From Terriglobia bacterium (lineage in GTDB: Bacteria; Acidobacteriota; Polarisedimenticolia; Polarisedimenticolales; JAIQFR01), in NCBI GenBank assembly GCA_963748015.1, contig CAVVHE010000009.1:224001-288000 (forward strand): 64,000 bases of DNA, read 5' to 3'. Shown here piece after piece: positions 20,103 through 30,110 of this stretch (the stretch's first letter is position 1; each line of letters opens with the position of its first letter). The notes beneath the pieces are model-generated. The model searched no databases. It had not been told where the DNA came from and saw nothing but the letters and a program-made list of their open reading frames with translations. The translations under genes were made by a program, and so were the position numbers.

Positions 20103-22277
20103 GTGATGCCATGCCGCGTCGCGATGTTCCTGCCGTGCATCGCAGTGGGCGCACTGCTGGTCACCCTCTCGCACGCGGCGGGGCAGACGCAGGGCACCGT
20201 CACCATCCGAGTGCGAAGCGGCGCCTCGCCCGTTCCGCAGGCCGAGGTCCTCGTCGCGGCTCTCTCCTCCAAGACCGATGCCCGGGGAGAGGCCAGGCTG
20301 ACACTGCCCGAGGGCGAGCACGCGATCCTGGTCATGCACCCGGCCTTTCATCCCGAGACGGTCCAGGCGACCGTTCGAGCAGGGGAGGACGCGGTCGTCG
20401 TCGTCCAGCTCCGCCCGGCGGAGCTGCCGACCGAGGTCACGATCGTCTCCGCGACGCGCAGCGGCACGGTGGTCAAGGACCAGCCGATCCGCGTCGAGAC
20501 CGTCCCCGAGGAGGAGATCGAGGAGGACCTGACCATCGCGCCCGGAAATCTCTCGACCCTGCTGCAGGAGTTGGCCGGCGTTCGCGTGCAGGTCACTTCG
20601 GCTTCGCTCGGAGCGGCGAGCCTGCGTCTTCAGGGGCTTCCCGGCCGCTACACCCAGGTCCTCTACGACGAGCTTCCGTTGTTCGGAGAGCAGCCGGATG
20701 GCTTCAGCCTCCTGCAGGCCCCTCCTCTCGATCTCGCTCACGTAGAGGTCATCAAGGGGACGGCGTCGGCGCTCTACGGAGGCTCGGCGCTCGGCGGCGT
20801 CCTGAACCTGGTTTCCCGCCACCCTCCCGGCGAGCCGGAGGTTCTCGTCGGCGCGACCTCCCTCGGGGGAGCCGACGCCGTCGGCTTCGTTCCGGGCAAG
20901 CTCGGGGCCCGGTGGGGATACACGCTGCTGGGCGGCGTCCACGGGCAGGAGCGGAGGGATGTCGACGACGACGGCTGGGCCGACGTGGCCGGTTACCGCC
21001 GTGTCGTGGCGCGGCCGCGTTTCTTCTGGAACGACAACGCCGGCCGATCCCTGTTCCTGACCGCGGGGATCGCGTCGGAAGAACGAGAAGGCGGAACGAT
21101 CGAGGGCGGCGTGAGTCCCGCCGGAGCTCCTTTCCGGCAGAAGTTGACCACGCGGAGGGCGGACGCGGGTCTCGTCGGGCGCTTCCTGGTCGGGAGCGAC
21201 CGGCTCATCCTCGTCCGCGGATCGTTCACCGGCACGGAGCACGACCTCGTCTTCGGTGATGTCGAGGAGCGCGATCGCAGGCAGTTCGCCTTCTCCGAGG
21301 TCAGCGTAAGCGGATCGGACCGCGGCAACTCCTGGGTTGCCGGGACGGCGCTCGGTCTCGACGCGTACCGGGCCCGGAATGTTCCCGGCTTCGACTACAC
21401 TTACACGGTTCCGGCCGTCTTTGTCCAGGACGAGTATTCACCGGCCCAGTGGCTCGCCATCTCGGGGAGCGGCAGAGCCGATTTTCACAATGAATTCGGC
21501 ACACTCTTGAGCGCGCGGATCTCGGCGCTCGTCCGCCCGGGGCAGGGATGGAGCGTCCGCCTGTCGGCCGGGAGCGGCCACGCGGCTCCCGTGCCGTTCA
21601 CGGAAGAGACGGAAGAGGTCGGACTGTCCAACGTGCTTCCCCTCCGGGACGTGCGGCCCGAGCGGGCGGTGAGCACCTCACTGGACGCGGGGTGGTCCGG
21701 TGGGTCGTTCGAAGCGAACGGGACCCTGTTTGCCTCCAGGGTGGAAAGCCCTCTCGTTCTGCGGGCCTCCTCGACCGAGCCGGGCCGGCTCGAGATCGTC
21801 AACGCGGCGGGACCCACCCGGACCTACGGAAGCGAGCTCCTCCTTCGCTTCAAGCAAGGTCCCCTTCAAGCGATCGCCACGTACACGTTCCTGGATTCGA
21901 CCCGCGCGGAGCCCACGGGAGCCGATCGAGCCGAGACGCCGCTTACGCCCCGGCACGCGGCCGAGCTGGCCGGGATCTGGGAAAGAGAAGGCAAGGGTCG
22001 TTTCGGCATCGAGGTGTCCTACACCGGCCGGCAACGCCTCGAGGACGATCCTTACCGCGACGAGAGCGTGCCCTACGTCGAGGTGAGTGTCCTGGGCGAG
22101 GTTCGCTTTGGGCACGCGGGCATCTTCGCGAACGCCATGAACGTCACCGACGTGCGGCAGACGCATTACGACCCTCTGGTCCTGCCGACACCGGCTTTCG
22201 ACGGCCGCTGGACGACCGACGTCTGGGCGCCGCTCGCCGGCCGGGTCTTCAACGCAGGAATGCGCTGGGAGTTCTAG
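20103..22277 (+). CDS. TonB-dependent receptor
   Basis: N-terminal carboxypeptidase-regulatory-like domain; plug (VEVIKGTASALYGGSALGGVLNL); C-terminal GRVFNAGMRWEF. Confidence 0.9.
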   Translation: MMPCRVAMFLPCIAVGALLVTLSHAAGQTQGTVTIRVRSGASPVPQAEVLVAALSSKTDARGEARLTLPEGEHAILVMHPAFHPETVQATVRAGEDAVVVVQLRPAELPTEVTIVSATRSGTVVKDQPIRVETVPEEEIEEDLTIAPGNLSTLLQELAGVRVQVTSASLGAASLRLQGLPGRYTQVLYDELPLFGEQPDGFSLLQAPPLDLAHVEVIKGTASALYGGSALGGVLNLVSRHPPGEPEVLVGATSLGGADAVGFVPGKLGARWGYTLLGGVHGQERRDVDDDGWADVAGYRRVVARPRFFWNDNAGRSLFLTAGIASEEREGGTIEGGVSPAGAPFRQKLTTRRADAGLVGRFLVGSDRLILVRGSFTGTEHDLVFGDVEERDRRQFAFSEVSVSGSDRGNSWVAGTALGLDAYRARNVPGFDYTYTVPAVFVQDEYSPAQWLAISGSGRADFHNEFGTLLSARISALVRPGQGWSVRLSAGSGHAAPVPFTEETEEVGLSNVLPLRDVRPERAVSTSLDAGWSGGSFEANGTLFASRVESPLVLRASSTEPGRLEIVNAAGPTRTYGSELLLRFKQGPLQAIATYTFLDSTRAEPTGADRAETPLTPRHAAELAGIWEREGKGRFGIEVSYTGRQRLEDDPYRDESVPYVEVSVLGEVRFGHAGIFANAMNVTDVRQTHYDPLVLPTPAFDGRWTTDVWAPLAGRVFNAGMRWEF

Positions 22278-22352
22278 CGATGCGTGGAGTGGGGCGCAGC
22301 CACGCGCACGCGGGCCGCTGGGACTCGTGACGGTGACGACCGGGCCTGGGCG

Positions 22353-22637
22353 CTACTTCTTGCCCACCGCGAGCGCGACGAGCGTCGCGATGGCGAACAC
22401 CAGCGCCAGGTTCACCGTGACGATGAACTGCACCCACAGGGGGCCGGCCTTCCCGTCGCTCTCCGTCGTCATCTTCCTGTAGCGGTGGACGTACCACGGC
22501 ATCGTCGCCCGGTACCAGAACCAGCTCACCTTGACGCCGTGGCTCGAGAGCCACCCCCCGATGCGGTACGCCGCGATCATGGCCCAGAGCCCCGAGGCGA
22601 TGGCCAGCAGAGCGGGAAAGACCACGAAGCCGCGCAT
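22353..22637 (-). CDS. Small two-TM membrane protein
   Basis: AAAGGGGG SD, two hydrophobic helices, last gene of the HTH operon. Confidence 0.55.
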   Translation of the reverse strand: MRGFVVFPALLAIASGLWAMIAAYRIGGWLSSHGVKVSWFWYRATMPWYVHRYRKMTTESDGKAGPLWVQFIVTVNLALVFAIATLVALAVGKK

Positions 22638-22649
22638 GACGGCCCCCTT

Positions 22650-23264
22650 TCAGACGACCTCGAGCTCCTCGAGCTCTTCCCCCTGGAAGAACGCGAGCCC
22701 GAGCAGCACGCTCCACGTCGCGAGCAGCACGATCCCGATGAGCGCCGGGACCACGAGGAGGAAGCAGATCGAGCCGGCGAAGTAGACGTAAGCCAGCGGC
22801 TTCTTGTAGCCGTTCAGATTGCCGTTCACCCGGAGAAGCCGCAGGGCGAACACGATGCCGATGACGCCGTTCAGCACGCCGAGTATCACCATCGAGGCGA
22901 CCCCAGCGAGCGCGCTCCCCAATTCCCGGATCGCGAGGAACCGCTGCGCGTGCGAAACGCCCGACACCAGCAGCCCCGCGCCGATCACGATCCAGATCAG
23001 GTGGTCCACCGCGTGGAAGCCGTAACGCTCGCGGAGCAGGTCGCGGAAGCGGATCAGGGCGTAGATGCCGAGGATCGTCCCGACCGCGTCCACCGCGAGG
23101 ACGAGGACCGCTTGGCCCGTGCTCCACGGCGGGGGAGGAAAGCCCCCCCGGCGGCCCGTGACGCTCGACAGGTCGAAGACGAGCGACAATCCGAGCATCG
23201 CGAGCGTTCCGGCGGCGCTCAGGATCGCCGCCCACCCTGCGGTTGTGTACGGGTTCCTGCTCAT
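22650..23264 (-). CDS. Multi-TM membrane protein
   Basis: About 6 hydrophobic segments; GAGGAGG SD; directly follows the HTH regulator. Confidence 0.65.
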   Translation of the reverse strand: MSRNPYTTAGWAAILSAAGTLAMLGLSLVFDLSSVTGRRGGFPPPPWSTGQAVLVLAVDAVGTILGIYALIRFRDLLRERYGFHAVDHLIWIVIGAGLLVSGVSHAQRFLAIRELGSALAGVASMVILGVLNGVIGIVFALRLLRVNGNLNGYKKPLAYVYFAGSICFLLVVPALIGIVLLATWSVLLGLAFFQGEELEELEVV

Positions 23265-23268
23265 GGGA

Positions 23269-23532
23269 TCAGCCCTCCTCGTTGCCGCTCGCCGTCCCGG
23301 CGGGACAGGGCCTCGGTTCGCCCCCTGGCGCCGGGACGAACTCGAGGAGATCGCCCGGCTGACAGTCGAGCTCGCGGCAGAGCGCTTCCAGGGTCGAGAA
23401 GCGGATCGCCTTGACCTTTCCCGTCTTCAACAGCGAGAGGTTCGTCATCGCGATCCCCACGCGATCGGACAGCTCGGTCAAGCGCATCTTCCGGCGCGCG
23501 AGCATGAGGTCGAGCCGCACTTCGATGGCCAC
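23269..23532 (-). CDS. XRE/Cro-type HTH regulator (YozG-like)
   Basis: AIEVRLDLMLARRKM.LTELSDRVGI...NLSLLKTGKVKAIRFSTLEALCRELDCQPGDLLE. Confidence 0.9.
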   Translation of the reverse strand: MAIEVRLDLMLARRKMRLTELSDRVGIAMTNLSLLKTGKVKAIRFSTLEALCRELDCQPGDLLEFVPAPGGEPRPCPAGTASGNEEG

Positions 23533-23539
23533 AAAGGAA

Positions 23540-23590
23540 ATGATACGCGGTGATTTACGATAGTCAATGATTTATTTACGATTATCGTAA
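23540..23590 (-). promoter_or_regulatory. Sigma70-type promoter and palindromic operator for the HTH operon
   Basis: Minus strand TTGACT-16-TATCAT-7-GTG; perfect inverted repeat TTACGAT-T-ATCGTAA at 23576..23590; AT-rich island. Confidence 0.65.
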
Positions 23591-23660
23591 CATTAGCAAA
23601 TACTCACCCCGCCGGAGACGCCGGCAGCGGTCCGCACGCTCCCCCGATGCGAAACCACGC

Positions 23661-25766
23661 TCAGCGCGCCTGGCCGTAAAGACCCGCGAGACGTCTCAGC
23701 TCGGCGCCGATCGGCGAGGACTCCGGCGCTGAGGCCGCGCCGCGCTCGGCGGCCGCGGCCGCGTCGGCCTGCCGGCCGGCGGCGGCATAGGCCACCGCGA
23801 GGACCACGAGGACCCTCGGCTCGCGCTTTCCGGTGAGCGCGTCGGCCCGCTCGGCGAGCGCGACCGCCTCGGACGGGTTGCGATCCGATCCGAGCTCCTC
23901 GGACAGCAGAGCGCGGGCCAGCCCGACCAGGGCGTCGACACCGTCCGGCGCGAGCCGGAGCGCGGCGCGGAAGCACGCGGCCGCCTCCTTCGTACGGCCG
24001 CGGGCGGCGAGGAGCTGTCCTTCCAGGCGGTGCGCGTCTGCGGACGCGGGATCGGCGGCGATCGCGGCGCGCGCTTGCTCGAGGGCCTCGTCCGGGGCGC
24101 CCGTCCGGCGGAGCGCTTCGGCGAGGCTCACGCGCGCCGGGGCCCAGCTCGGGAACTTCTCGAGCACGAGCCGGTACCACCTCGCCGCCTCCTCGGGCCG
24201 GCCCGCCGCGAGCAGCACGTTGGCGAGGTTGTTCATGGTCCGCGCATCGTCCGGCTTCAGCTCGAGCGCTCTGCGGTACGCGCGCTCGGCCTCCGCGAAG
24301 TCTCCCTTCTGCCCCAGCGCGTTGCCGAGGTTGTAGAAGCTGAACGACCGCGGGCCCGGAATCCCTCCCTCGATCTCGCTCGCCAGGCGGTAGTGCAGGA
24401 TCGCCTCGTCCACCTTCCCCTGGGCGCGGAGCAGCGTGCCGAGGTTGTTGTGGGCCATCCACGATCCGGGGTTCTTCTCGAGCGTGTCCCGCCAGAGCGC
24501 TTCGGGTCCCTGGTAAGCGTGGGCCCGGCTCCAGGTCAGCGCCGCGAGCCCGGCGAGGAGGCAGGCCGCGGCCACCGCCCCGGTGACGGTCCCCGCGCGC
24601 CCGAGGCGCCGGGCCGCGAGCGCGCCGAGGGCCGAGAGGAGCGCGATGGGGCCGACGCAGGCCACGTACTGGTAGTGGTCGGCCACGTAGCTGTACGCGA
24701 AGGTCCAGAGCAGGATGATCCCCGACGTGGGGAGCAGCGTCGCGACGAAGAACAGGGTTGCCGCGATCGGCCCGCGCCCGATTCTCCCGCGGAAAAGCCA
24801 CAGCGCCCCCGTGGCCCCCGCGCAGAGCAGGACCCACAGCCATGCGATCGCGTCGGCCGCGGATATCCGCCACATCGGGTAGCTGAAGGCGAGATTCGCC
24901 GGCCAGAGCAGCTTGCCGAGGTAGAACCAGATCGCACGCGACGCGACCAGCAGACGGTCCACGACGCCGAGCGGGAGGAGGTCCGGCCGCGTGTTCTGCA
25001 CGTGCCGCTCGAACCACATCGTGAGGAGGCCCATCGCCAGCGCGAGGGCGACGAAGGGGACGAGCTGCGCCCAGCGCCGGCGGTCCAGACGCTCGCGGCG
25101 CAGCCAAAGGATCAGCACCTGCGCCGCCGGGAACGTGCACGCGGTCGCCTTGCTGAGCAGGGCGAGGACGAATAGAACGGCCGAGGCGGCGTAGGCGCCG
25201 CGCGCCGGGCGCCCGTCGCGCGATCGCTCCACGAACGAGATCCAGGCCAGGGAGGCCAGCCCGAGGAAGAACGCCATGAGGACGTTCTTCCGCTCGGCGA
25301 TCCACGCGACCGATTCGACCTGCACCGGATGGAGCGCGAAGACCGCGGCGGCGAGCCAGGCGCCGGGGATCCGCAAGCGCAGCAGGACGAGCCAGAGCAG
25401 CAGGGCGTTCAGGATGTGCAGGACGAGATTCGTCGCGTGGTAGCCGGCGGTGTCGAGCCCCCAGAGCGCGCGCTCGATCCGGAACGACGTGTAGACCAGC
25501 GGGACGTACTGCGACGGCTGGTCGGTCGAGAGCCAGATGCGCTGCAGCCCGTCGGGCGCCGTGAGGAGCGGGTTGTCGGAGACGTACTTGTCGTCGTCCC
25601 ACAGGAACTCCCCGCGGAGCGCGGGCGAGTAGGCGAAGGCGACGAGGATCGCGATCAGAGCGGAGCCGGCGGCGAGCCGGGACCGGGCAGGAAGCCACGA
25701 CGACGGCCCGCGCGCGCCCGCGGCCGTCTCGAGGGTCGCCCGTTTCCGGCCCCCGCGGTCCCCCAT
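23661..25766 (-). CDS. TMTC-like (GT-C fold) membrane protein with C-terminal TPRs
   Basis: FLWDDDKY loop, YVPL, FALHPVQVESVAWIAERK, LLSKA, ADHYQY, TPR repeats (AHNNLG). Confidence 0.82.
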   Translation of the reverse strand: MGDRGGRKRATLETAAGARGPSSWLPARSRLAAGSALIAILVAFAYSPALRGEFLWDDDKYVSDNPLLTAPDGLQRIWLSTDQPSQYVPLVYTSFRIERALWGLDTAGYHATNLVLHILNALLLWLVLLRLRIPGAWLAAAVFALHPVQVESVAWIAERKNVLMAFFLGLASLAWISFVERSRDGRPARGAYAASAVLFVLALLSKATACTFPAAQVLILWLRRERLDRRRWAQLVPFVALALAMGLLTMWFERHVQNTRPDLLPLGVVDRLLVASRAIWFYLGKLLWPANLAFSYPMWRISAADAIAWLWVLLCAGATGALWLFRGRIGRGPIAATLFFVATLLPTSGIILLWTFAYSYVADHYQYVACVGPIALLSALGALAARRLGRAGTVTGAVAAACLLAGLAALTWSRAHAYQGPEALWRDTLEKNPGSWMAHNNLGTLLRAQGKVDEAILHYRLASEIEGGIPGPRSFSFYNLGNALGQKGDFAEAERAYRRALELKPDDARTMNNLANVLLAAGRPEEAARWYRLVLEKFPSWAPARVSLAEALRRTGAPDEALEQARAAIAADPASADAHRLEGQLLAARGRTKEAAACFRAALRLAPDGVDALVGLARALLSEELGSDRNPSEAVALAERADALTGKREPRVLVVLAVAYAAAGRQADAAAAAERGAASAPESSPIGAELRRLAGLYGQAR

Positions 25767-25869
25767 CGAACCCCTTCCCAGGTCGCCGTTCTTATACGCC
25801 GCTCCCTGCCGGAAAGCGAGTCGTCGCGGTCGTCGCCTGCGGCCGCCCCGCGCCGTCCGGGGTGCGGCG

Positions 25870-25898
25870 TTGAACGGCGGGGTCGCGGCGGGTACGAT
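25870..25898 (+). promoter_or_regulatory. Sigma70-type promoter, probably leaderless
   Basis: TTGAAC-17-TACGAT, 7 nt before ATG 25906, with no SD. Confidence 0.55.
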
Positions 25899-25905
25899 CT
25901 CCGGC

Positions 25906-26733
25906 ATGAACCCCGCGACCCAGCCCGCGATCACGCTCAACAACGGCGTCGCCATCCCGGCCGTCGGGCTCGGGGTCTTCCGCGTAGCCGAGGGGGACGC
26001 GACGCGACGGGCCGTGCTGGCCGCGCTCGAGGCCGGCTACCGCCACATCGACACGGCGCGCGCCTACGGAAACGAGCGCGACGTCGGCCAGGCGATCCGC
26101 GAGAGCGGCGTGCCGCGCGAGCTGCTGTTCGTCACGACCAAGCTCTACGGCTCCGATCACGGCTACGAGATGGCGAAGCGCGCCTGCCGCAAGAGCCTGA
26201 AGCTGCTCGGCCTCTCGTACCTCGACCTGTACCTGATCCACTGGCCCGTGCCGGAGCTGCGAGGGGAGTCGTGGATCGGCCTCCAGGATCTCCTGGACGA
26301 AGGGCTGTGCCGGGCGATCGGCGTGAGCAACTACACCAACCGGCACATGGACGAGCTGCTCGAGTACGCCGACGTGGTGCCGGCCGTGAACCAGGTCGAG
26401 CTCCATCCCTTCCTGTACCAGAAGGACCTGCTCGAGCACAACCGCCGGCACGGGATCGTCGTCGAGGCCTACAGCCCCCTGACGCACGGCCGGCGGATCG
26501 ACGATCCCCGCATCGGCGCCCTCGCGGCGAAGTACGGACGCACGAACGCGCAGGTGATGATTCGGTGGTGCCTGCAGCGCGGGACCGTCGTGCTGCCGAA
26601 ATCCACGCGGCCCGAGCGGATCCGCGAGAATTTCAGCGTCTTCGATTTCGAATTAACGCCCGGGGACATGGAGGCCCTCGACGCCCTGCACGAGAACCTC
26701 CACACGTGCTGGGACCCGACGAACGCGCCGTGA
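25906..26733 (+). CDS. Aldo/keto reductase (2,5-DKG reductase-like)
   Basis: GYRHIDTARAYGNE, LFVTTKL, YLDLYLIHWP, AIGVSN, VNQVELHP, LPKS..PERIREN. Confidence 0.93.
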   Translation: MNPATQPAITLNNGVAIPAVGLGVFRVAEGDATRRAVLAALEAGYRHIDTARAYGNERDVGQAIRESGVPRELLFVTTKLYGSDHGYEMAKRACRKSLKLLGLSYLDLYLIHWPVPELRGESWIGLQDLLDEGLCRAIGVSNYTNRHMDELLEYADVVPAVNQVELHPFLYQKDLLEHNRRHGIVVEAYSPLTHGRRIDDPRIGALAAKYGRTNAQVMIRWCLQRGTVVLPKSTRPERIRENFSVFDFELTPGDMEALDALHENLHTCWDPTNAP

Positions 26734-26775
26734 ACGCGACGCTCGAGCCGCCGCCCCGGCCCGGAAGGCCCTGAC

Positions 26776-28683
26776 GTGCGCGCCGCCGCGATCGTCGCCT
26801 GTTTCGCGCTGCTCCTCTACCTTCCCGCCCTCTCGTTCCCGCTCGTCTGGGACGATCCGATGCTGCTGGAGCACGTCCACGCCCGGCTCGAGGCCGGCGG
26901 CATCGGAGCGCTGCTCTCCTCGGAGTTCCTGCTCGGGAGCGGCTCGCCCCACACCGGGTACTTCCGCCCGGTCGTCCTGCTGAGTCTGGCCGCCGACGGC
27001 CGGCTCGGGGATGGAAAGGCGTGGGCCTTCCACCTGACGAATCTCCTGCTCCACGCCGCCGCGAGCGGCCTCGTCGTGCTCCTCCTGCGACGCGTCCTCC
27101 AGGACGGACCGTCCGCGATGCTCGGCGGCCTGCTCTTCGCCGCGCATCCCGTCCACGTCGAGTCGGTGGCGTTCGTGTCGGGGCGCACCGATCTCTGGGC
27201 CGGGGTCTTCGTGCTCCTTGGGACCCTGCTCTGGCTGCGGGAGCGCGCTCTTGATGGGGATGCGGGGAGTGGGATCGCACCGGCGGGCGTGGGGCTGCTC
27301 CTCGCGCTGGGGGCGCTCTCGAAGGAGCCGGCCGTCATGGCGGTTCCGGCCTGGCTGGCCTGGGACGGGGTGGCGAGCGCCGGTTCGTCCGGCCGCCCCG
27401 CGTCGTGGGCACGGCGAAACGCACGGTGGCTCACCGCCTCGCTCGCGGCCGTCGCGGTCGTCGCGGCGCTGCGATGGGCGGCCCTGGGACGGTTGCTCGG
27501 CGGCGAGGCCCTGCCGCCGCCGGTGCCTGGAGTGCAGGAGCCGTCGGCCGCCGCGCTGCTGCTGCCGAGGCTGATCACTTACGTGAAGCTCCTGGCCGTT
27601 CCGTGGCCGCTGAGCGCGTTCTACACGCCGTCGGATCTCGCGCTCGGCCCCGGGCTCCTCCTGGGCGCGATCCTCGCGCTGGTCCTGTTCGCCGGAGCAT
27701 GGATCGCGGGCGGCCGGCGAACCGGGGCCGTCGCGTCATCGTGGACGCTTCTCTTTCTCGTGCCGGTTCTAGGCATCGCGACCCTGAGCGGGGGAGTGGT
27801 GGCGGAGCGATTTCTCTACCTCCCCTCGCTCGGCGCCTGTCTCGCCGCGGCGGCGCTCTGGGGCCGACTCCACCGCAGGAGCAAGCCGGTCGCCATGGCC
27901 GTGGCGGTCGCCATGATCGCGTTGCTCGCCGGCGCCACCGTGCTCCGCTCGCAGGTTTGGAGGAGCGAGGTCTCTCTCTACGCGGACATGACCCGCACGT
28001 CCCCGCGCGCGTTCGTCGCGCACTTCAACCTCGGCAACGAGCTGGCCAAGCTCGGACGTCTCGAGGAGGCCGAGGCATCGCTCGAGCGGGCCGTGGCGAT
28101 CGCGCCCGGACGCGCCGACGCGTGGAACAACCTCGGCAGCGTGCGCCTTCGTCTCGGCAAGGACGCGGAAGCCGGAAAGGCCTACGAGGAAGCCGTCCGC
28201 CTGAAGCCGGATTTCGTCGTCGCGCTCCGGAACCTGGCCCAGACCCTGGCCAAGGCGGATCGCTGGACCGACTTCCTGGCCGCGATGGAGAAGATCGAGA
28301 ATCCGGTTCCCGGCGACGCTCCGCTCCTTATCCGCGCGGGAATGGTCCTCGCGGACGGCGGACGCTTGCCCGAGGCCGAGCGGGCCTTCCGGCTCGCGAT
28401 CCGCGCCGCACCCGACCAGGGCAAGGCGTACGGCTATCTCGGCTTCGTGTACGTGTCGCAGAACAGGACGTCGGAGGCCCTCCCGCTCCTCGAGCGCGCC
28501 GCGGCGATCGATCCCGGCGACGCCCCCGCTCGCTTCAACCTCGGCGCCGCGCGGCTCGCAGCCGGAGACCGCGCGGGCGCGGCCGCCGAGAGGGACGCGC
28601 TGCGCGCTCTCGATCCCCGCCTCGCCGCCGAGCTCGACTCGCGCATGCGGTCCCAGGTTGGAGAGGGGGCGGGAATACGATGA
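26776..28683 (+). CDS. TMTC-like membrane protein with TPRs
   Basis: VWDD, YFRP, FAAHPVHVESVAFVSGR, LSKE, AERFLYLP, TPRs. Confidence 0.82.
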   Translation: MRAAAIVACFALLLYLPALSFPLVWDDPMLLEHVHARLEAGGIGALLSSEFLLGSGSPHTGYFRPVVLLSLAADGRLGDGKAWAFHLTNLLLHAAASGLVVLLLRRVLQDGPSAMLGGLLFAAHPVHVESVAFVSGRTDLWAGVFVLLGTLLWLRERALDGDAGSGIAPAGVGLLLALGALSKEPAVMAVPAWLAWDGVASAGSSGRPASWARRNARWLTASLAAVAVVAALRWAALGRLLGGEALPPPVPGVQEPSAAALLLPRLITYVKLLAVPWPLSAFYTPSDLALGPGLLLGAILALVLFAGAWIAGGRRTGAVASSWTLLFLVPVLGIATLSGGVVAERFLYLPSLGACLAAAALWGRLHRRSKPVAMAVAVAMIALLAGATVLRSQVWRSEVSLYADMTRTSPRAFVAHFNLGNELAKLGRLEEAEASLERAVAIAPGRADAWNNLGSVRLRLGKDAEAGKAYEEAVRLKPDFVVALRNLAQTLAKADRWTDFLAAMEKIENPVPGDAPLLIRAGMVLADGGRLPEAERAFRLAIRAAPDQGKAYGYLGFVYVSQNRTSEALPLLERAAAIDPGDAPARFNLGAARLAAGDRAGAAAERDALRALDPRLAAELDSRMRSQVGEGAGIR

Positions 28684-30110
28684 GATTCGCGGCGCTCAGG
28701 GAACGCCTCGTCGAGCTCGTGTTGCGGGTCCCGGTGTCGCTGAAGGTGATGGGCATCGCGCTGGGACTGACGCTGCTCCTCGGCGGCACGCTCCTCTGGC
28801 AGATCCACAACAGCTGGCACGGGCTCCTGCTCGGCGAGCTCGAGGAGAGGGGAAAGCTGCTCGGCGCGAACCTCGCGGCGCACATCGCCGAAGACGTCGT
28901 CGCGAGGAATACCGACCAGCTCGGGTCGCTCCTCGAGGACACGAGGGCCCGCCTCCCCGAGGTGGACTACCTGCTCGTGCTGGACCACCGGGGCGAGGTG
29001 CTGGCCGGTACGCGTGCGGGCGGGGCCCCGGCGCAGCTACTGGCCGCCAACCGCCTCGGGCTGCGCGGGGAGCCCCGCGTGGCGCTCCTCGACACCGAGC
29101 GCGGTCCGATCCGGGACGTCGCGGTGCCGATCCTGGACGGTCAGGCGGGAGTGGTCCGGGTGGGGATGAGCGAGCGGTTCATCTCGAGCGAAGTGGGATG
29201 GCTCACGCAACGGCTGGCCGTCGGCACCGCGGTGGTCGCGGCGCTCGGCGTGCTCGCGGCGCTCTTTCTCACCGCGGTCCTCACACAGCCGATCCGGGAG
29301 ATGGCCGGGCTCGCCAACGCCGTCCAGAAACAGGACTTCGGCAAGCGGGCGGTCGTCAGGGCGGGCGACGAGCTCGGACGGCTCGCGATCGCCTTCAACG
29401 AGATGGCGGAGGCGCTCGGTCGAAAAGAGAAGGCCCGGCAGGAGCTGCTGCGTCAGCTCATCGCCGCCGCGGAGGACGAGCGGAAGCGGGTCGCGCGAGA
29501 GCTGCACGACGGTACGGGCCAGTCCCTGACGTCGCTCGTCGCGGGCCTGAGCGCCCTCGAGGTGGAGGGAGGCGACGACGCACCGAGGCGCGCGCGTCTC
29601 GCGGAGCTGCGGGAGCTCGCCGCCCGGACGCTCGGCGAGGTGCACGACATCTCGAGAGCGCTCCGGCCCGCGATCCTGGACGACCTGGGCCTCATGGCCG
29701 CTGTCGGGAAGCACTGCGAGATGTTCTCCCGCCGATTCGACCTAACGGTGGATTGCCAGGGCGTCGGTTTCGAGCAGGGCCCCCGGCTTTCCCCGGAGAT
29801 CGAGCTGGCGGCCTACCGGATCGTGCAGGAAGCACTAACGAACGCGGTCCGCCACGGCCGGGCCGCTTTCGCGAGCGTCCTGGTGCAGAGGAAGGACGCG
29901 GCGCTGTTGCTCGTGATCGAGGACGAGGGGCACGGCTTTGTCGCGACGGACTGGCGCCAGAGATCCGTCGCGGGAGGTCACCTCGGGCTGCTCGGCATCG
30001 AGGAGCGCGCGGCGCTGCTCGGCGGCTCGCTGCGCGTGGAGTCGTCGCCCGGATCGGGGACCAGCCTGTTCGTGGAGATACCCGTGTCGAGGGAGGCCGA
30101 CGATGTCTAA
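28680..30110 (+). CDS. Sensor histidine kinase (2 TM, HAMP, HisKA_3, HATPase)
   Basis: DELGRLAIAFNEM (HAMP), ERKRVARELHD, YRIVQEALTNAVRH, GLLGIEER. Confidence 0.9.
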   Translation: MRFAALRERLVELVLRVPVSLKVMGIALGLTLLLGGTLLWQIHNSWHGLLLGELEERGKLLGANLAAHIAEDVVARNTDQLGSLLEDTRARLPEVDYLLVLDHRGEVLAGTRAGGAPAQLLAANRLGLRGEPRVALLDTERGPIRDVAVPILDGQAGVVRVGMSERFISSEVGWLTQRLAVGTAVVAALGVLAALFLTAVLTQPIREMAGLANAVQKQDFGKRAVVRAGDELGRLAIAFNEMAEALGRKEKARQELLRQLIAAAEDERKRVARELHDGTGQSLTSLVAGLSALEVEGGDDAPRRARLAELRELAARTLGEVHDISRALRPAILDDLGLMAAVGKHCEMFSRRFDLTVDCQGVGFEQGPRLSPEIELAAYRIVQEALTNAVRHGRAAFASVLVQRKDAALLLVIEDEGHGFVATDWRQRSVAGGHLGLLGIEERAALLGGSLRVESSPGSGTSLFVEIPVSREADDV

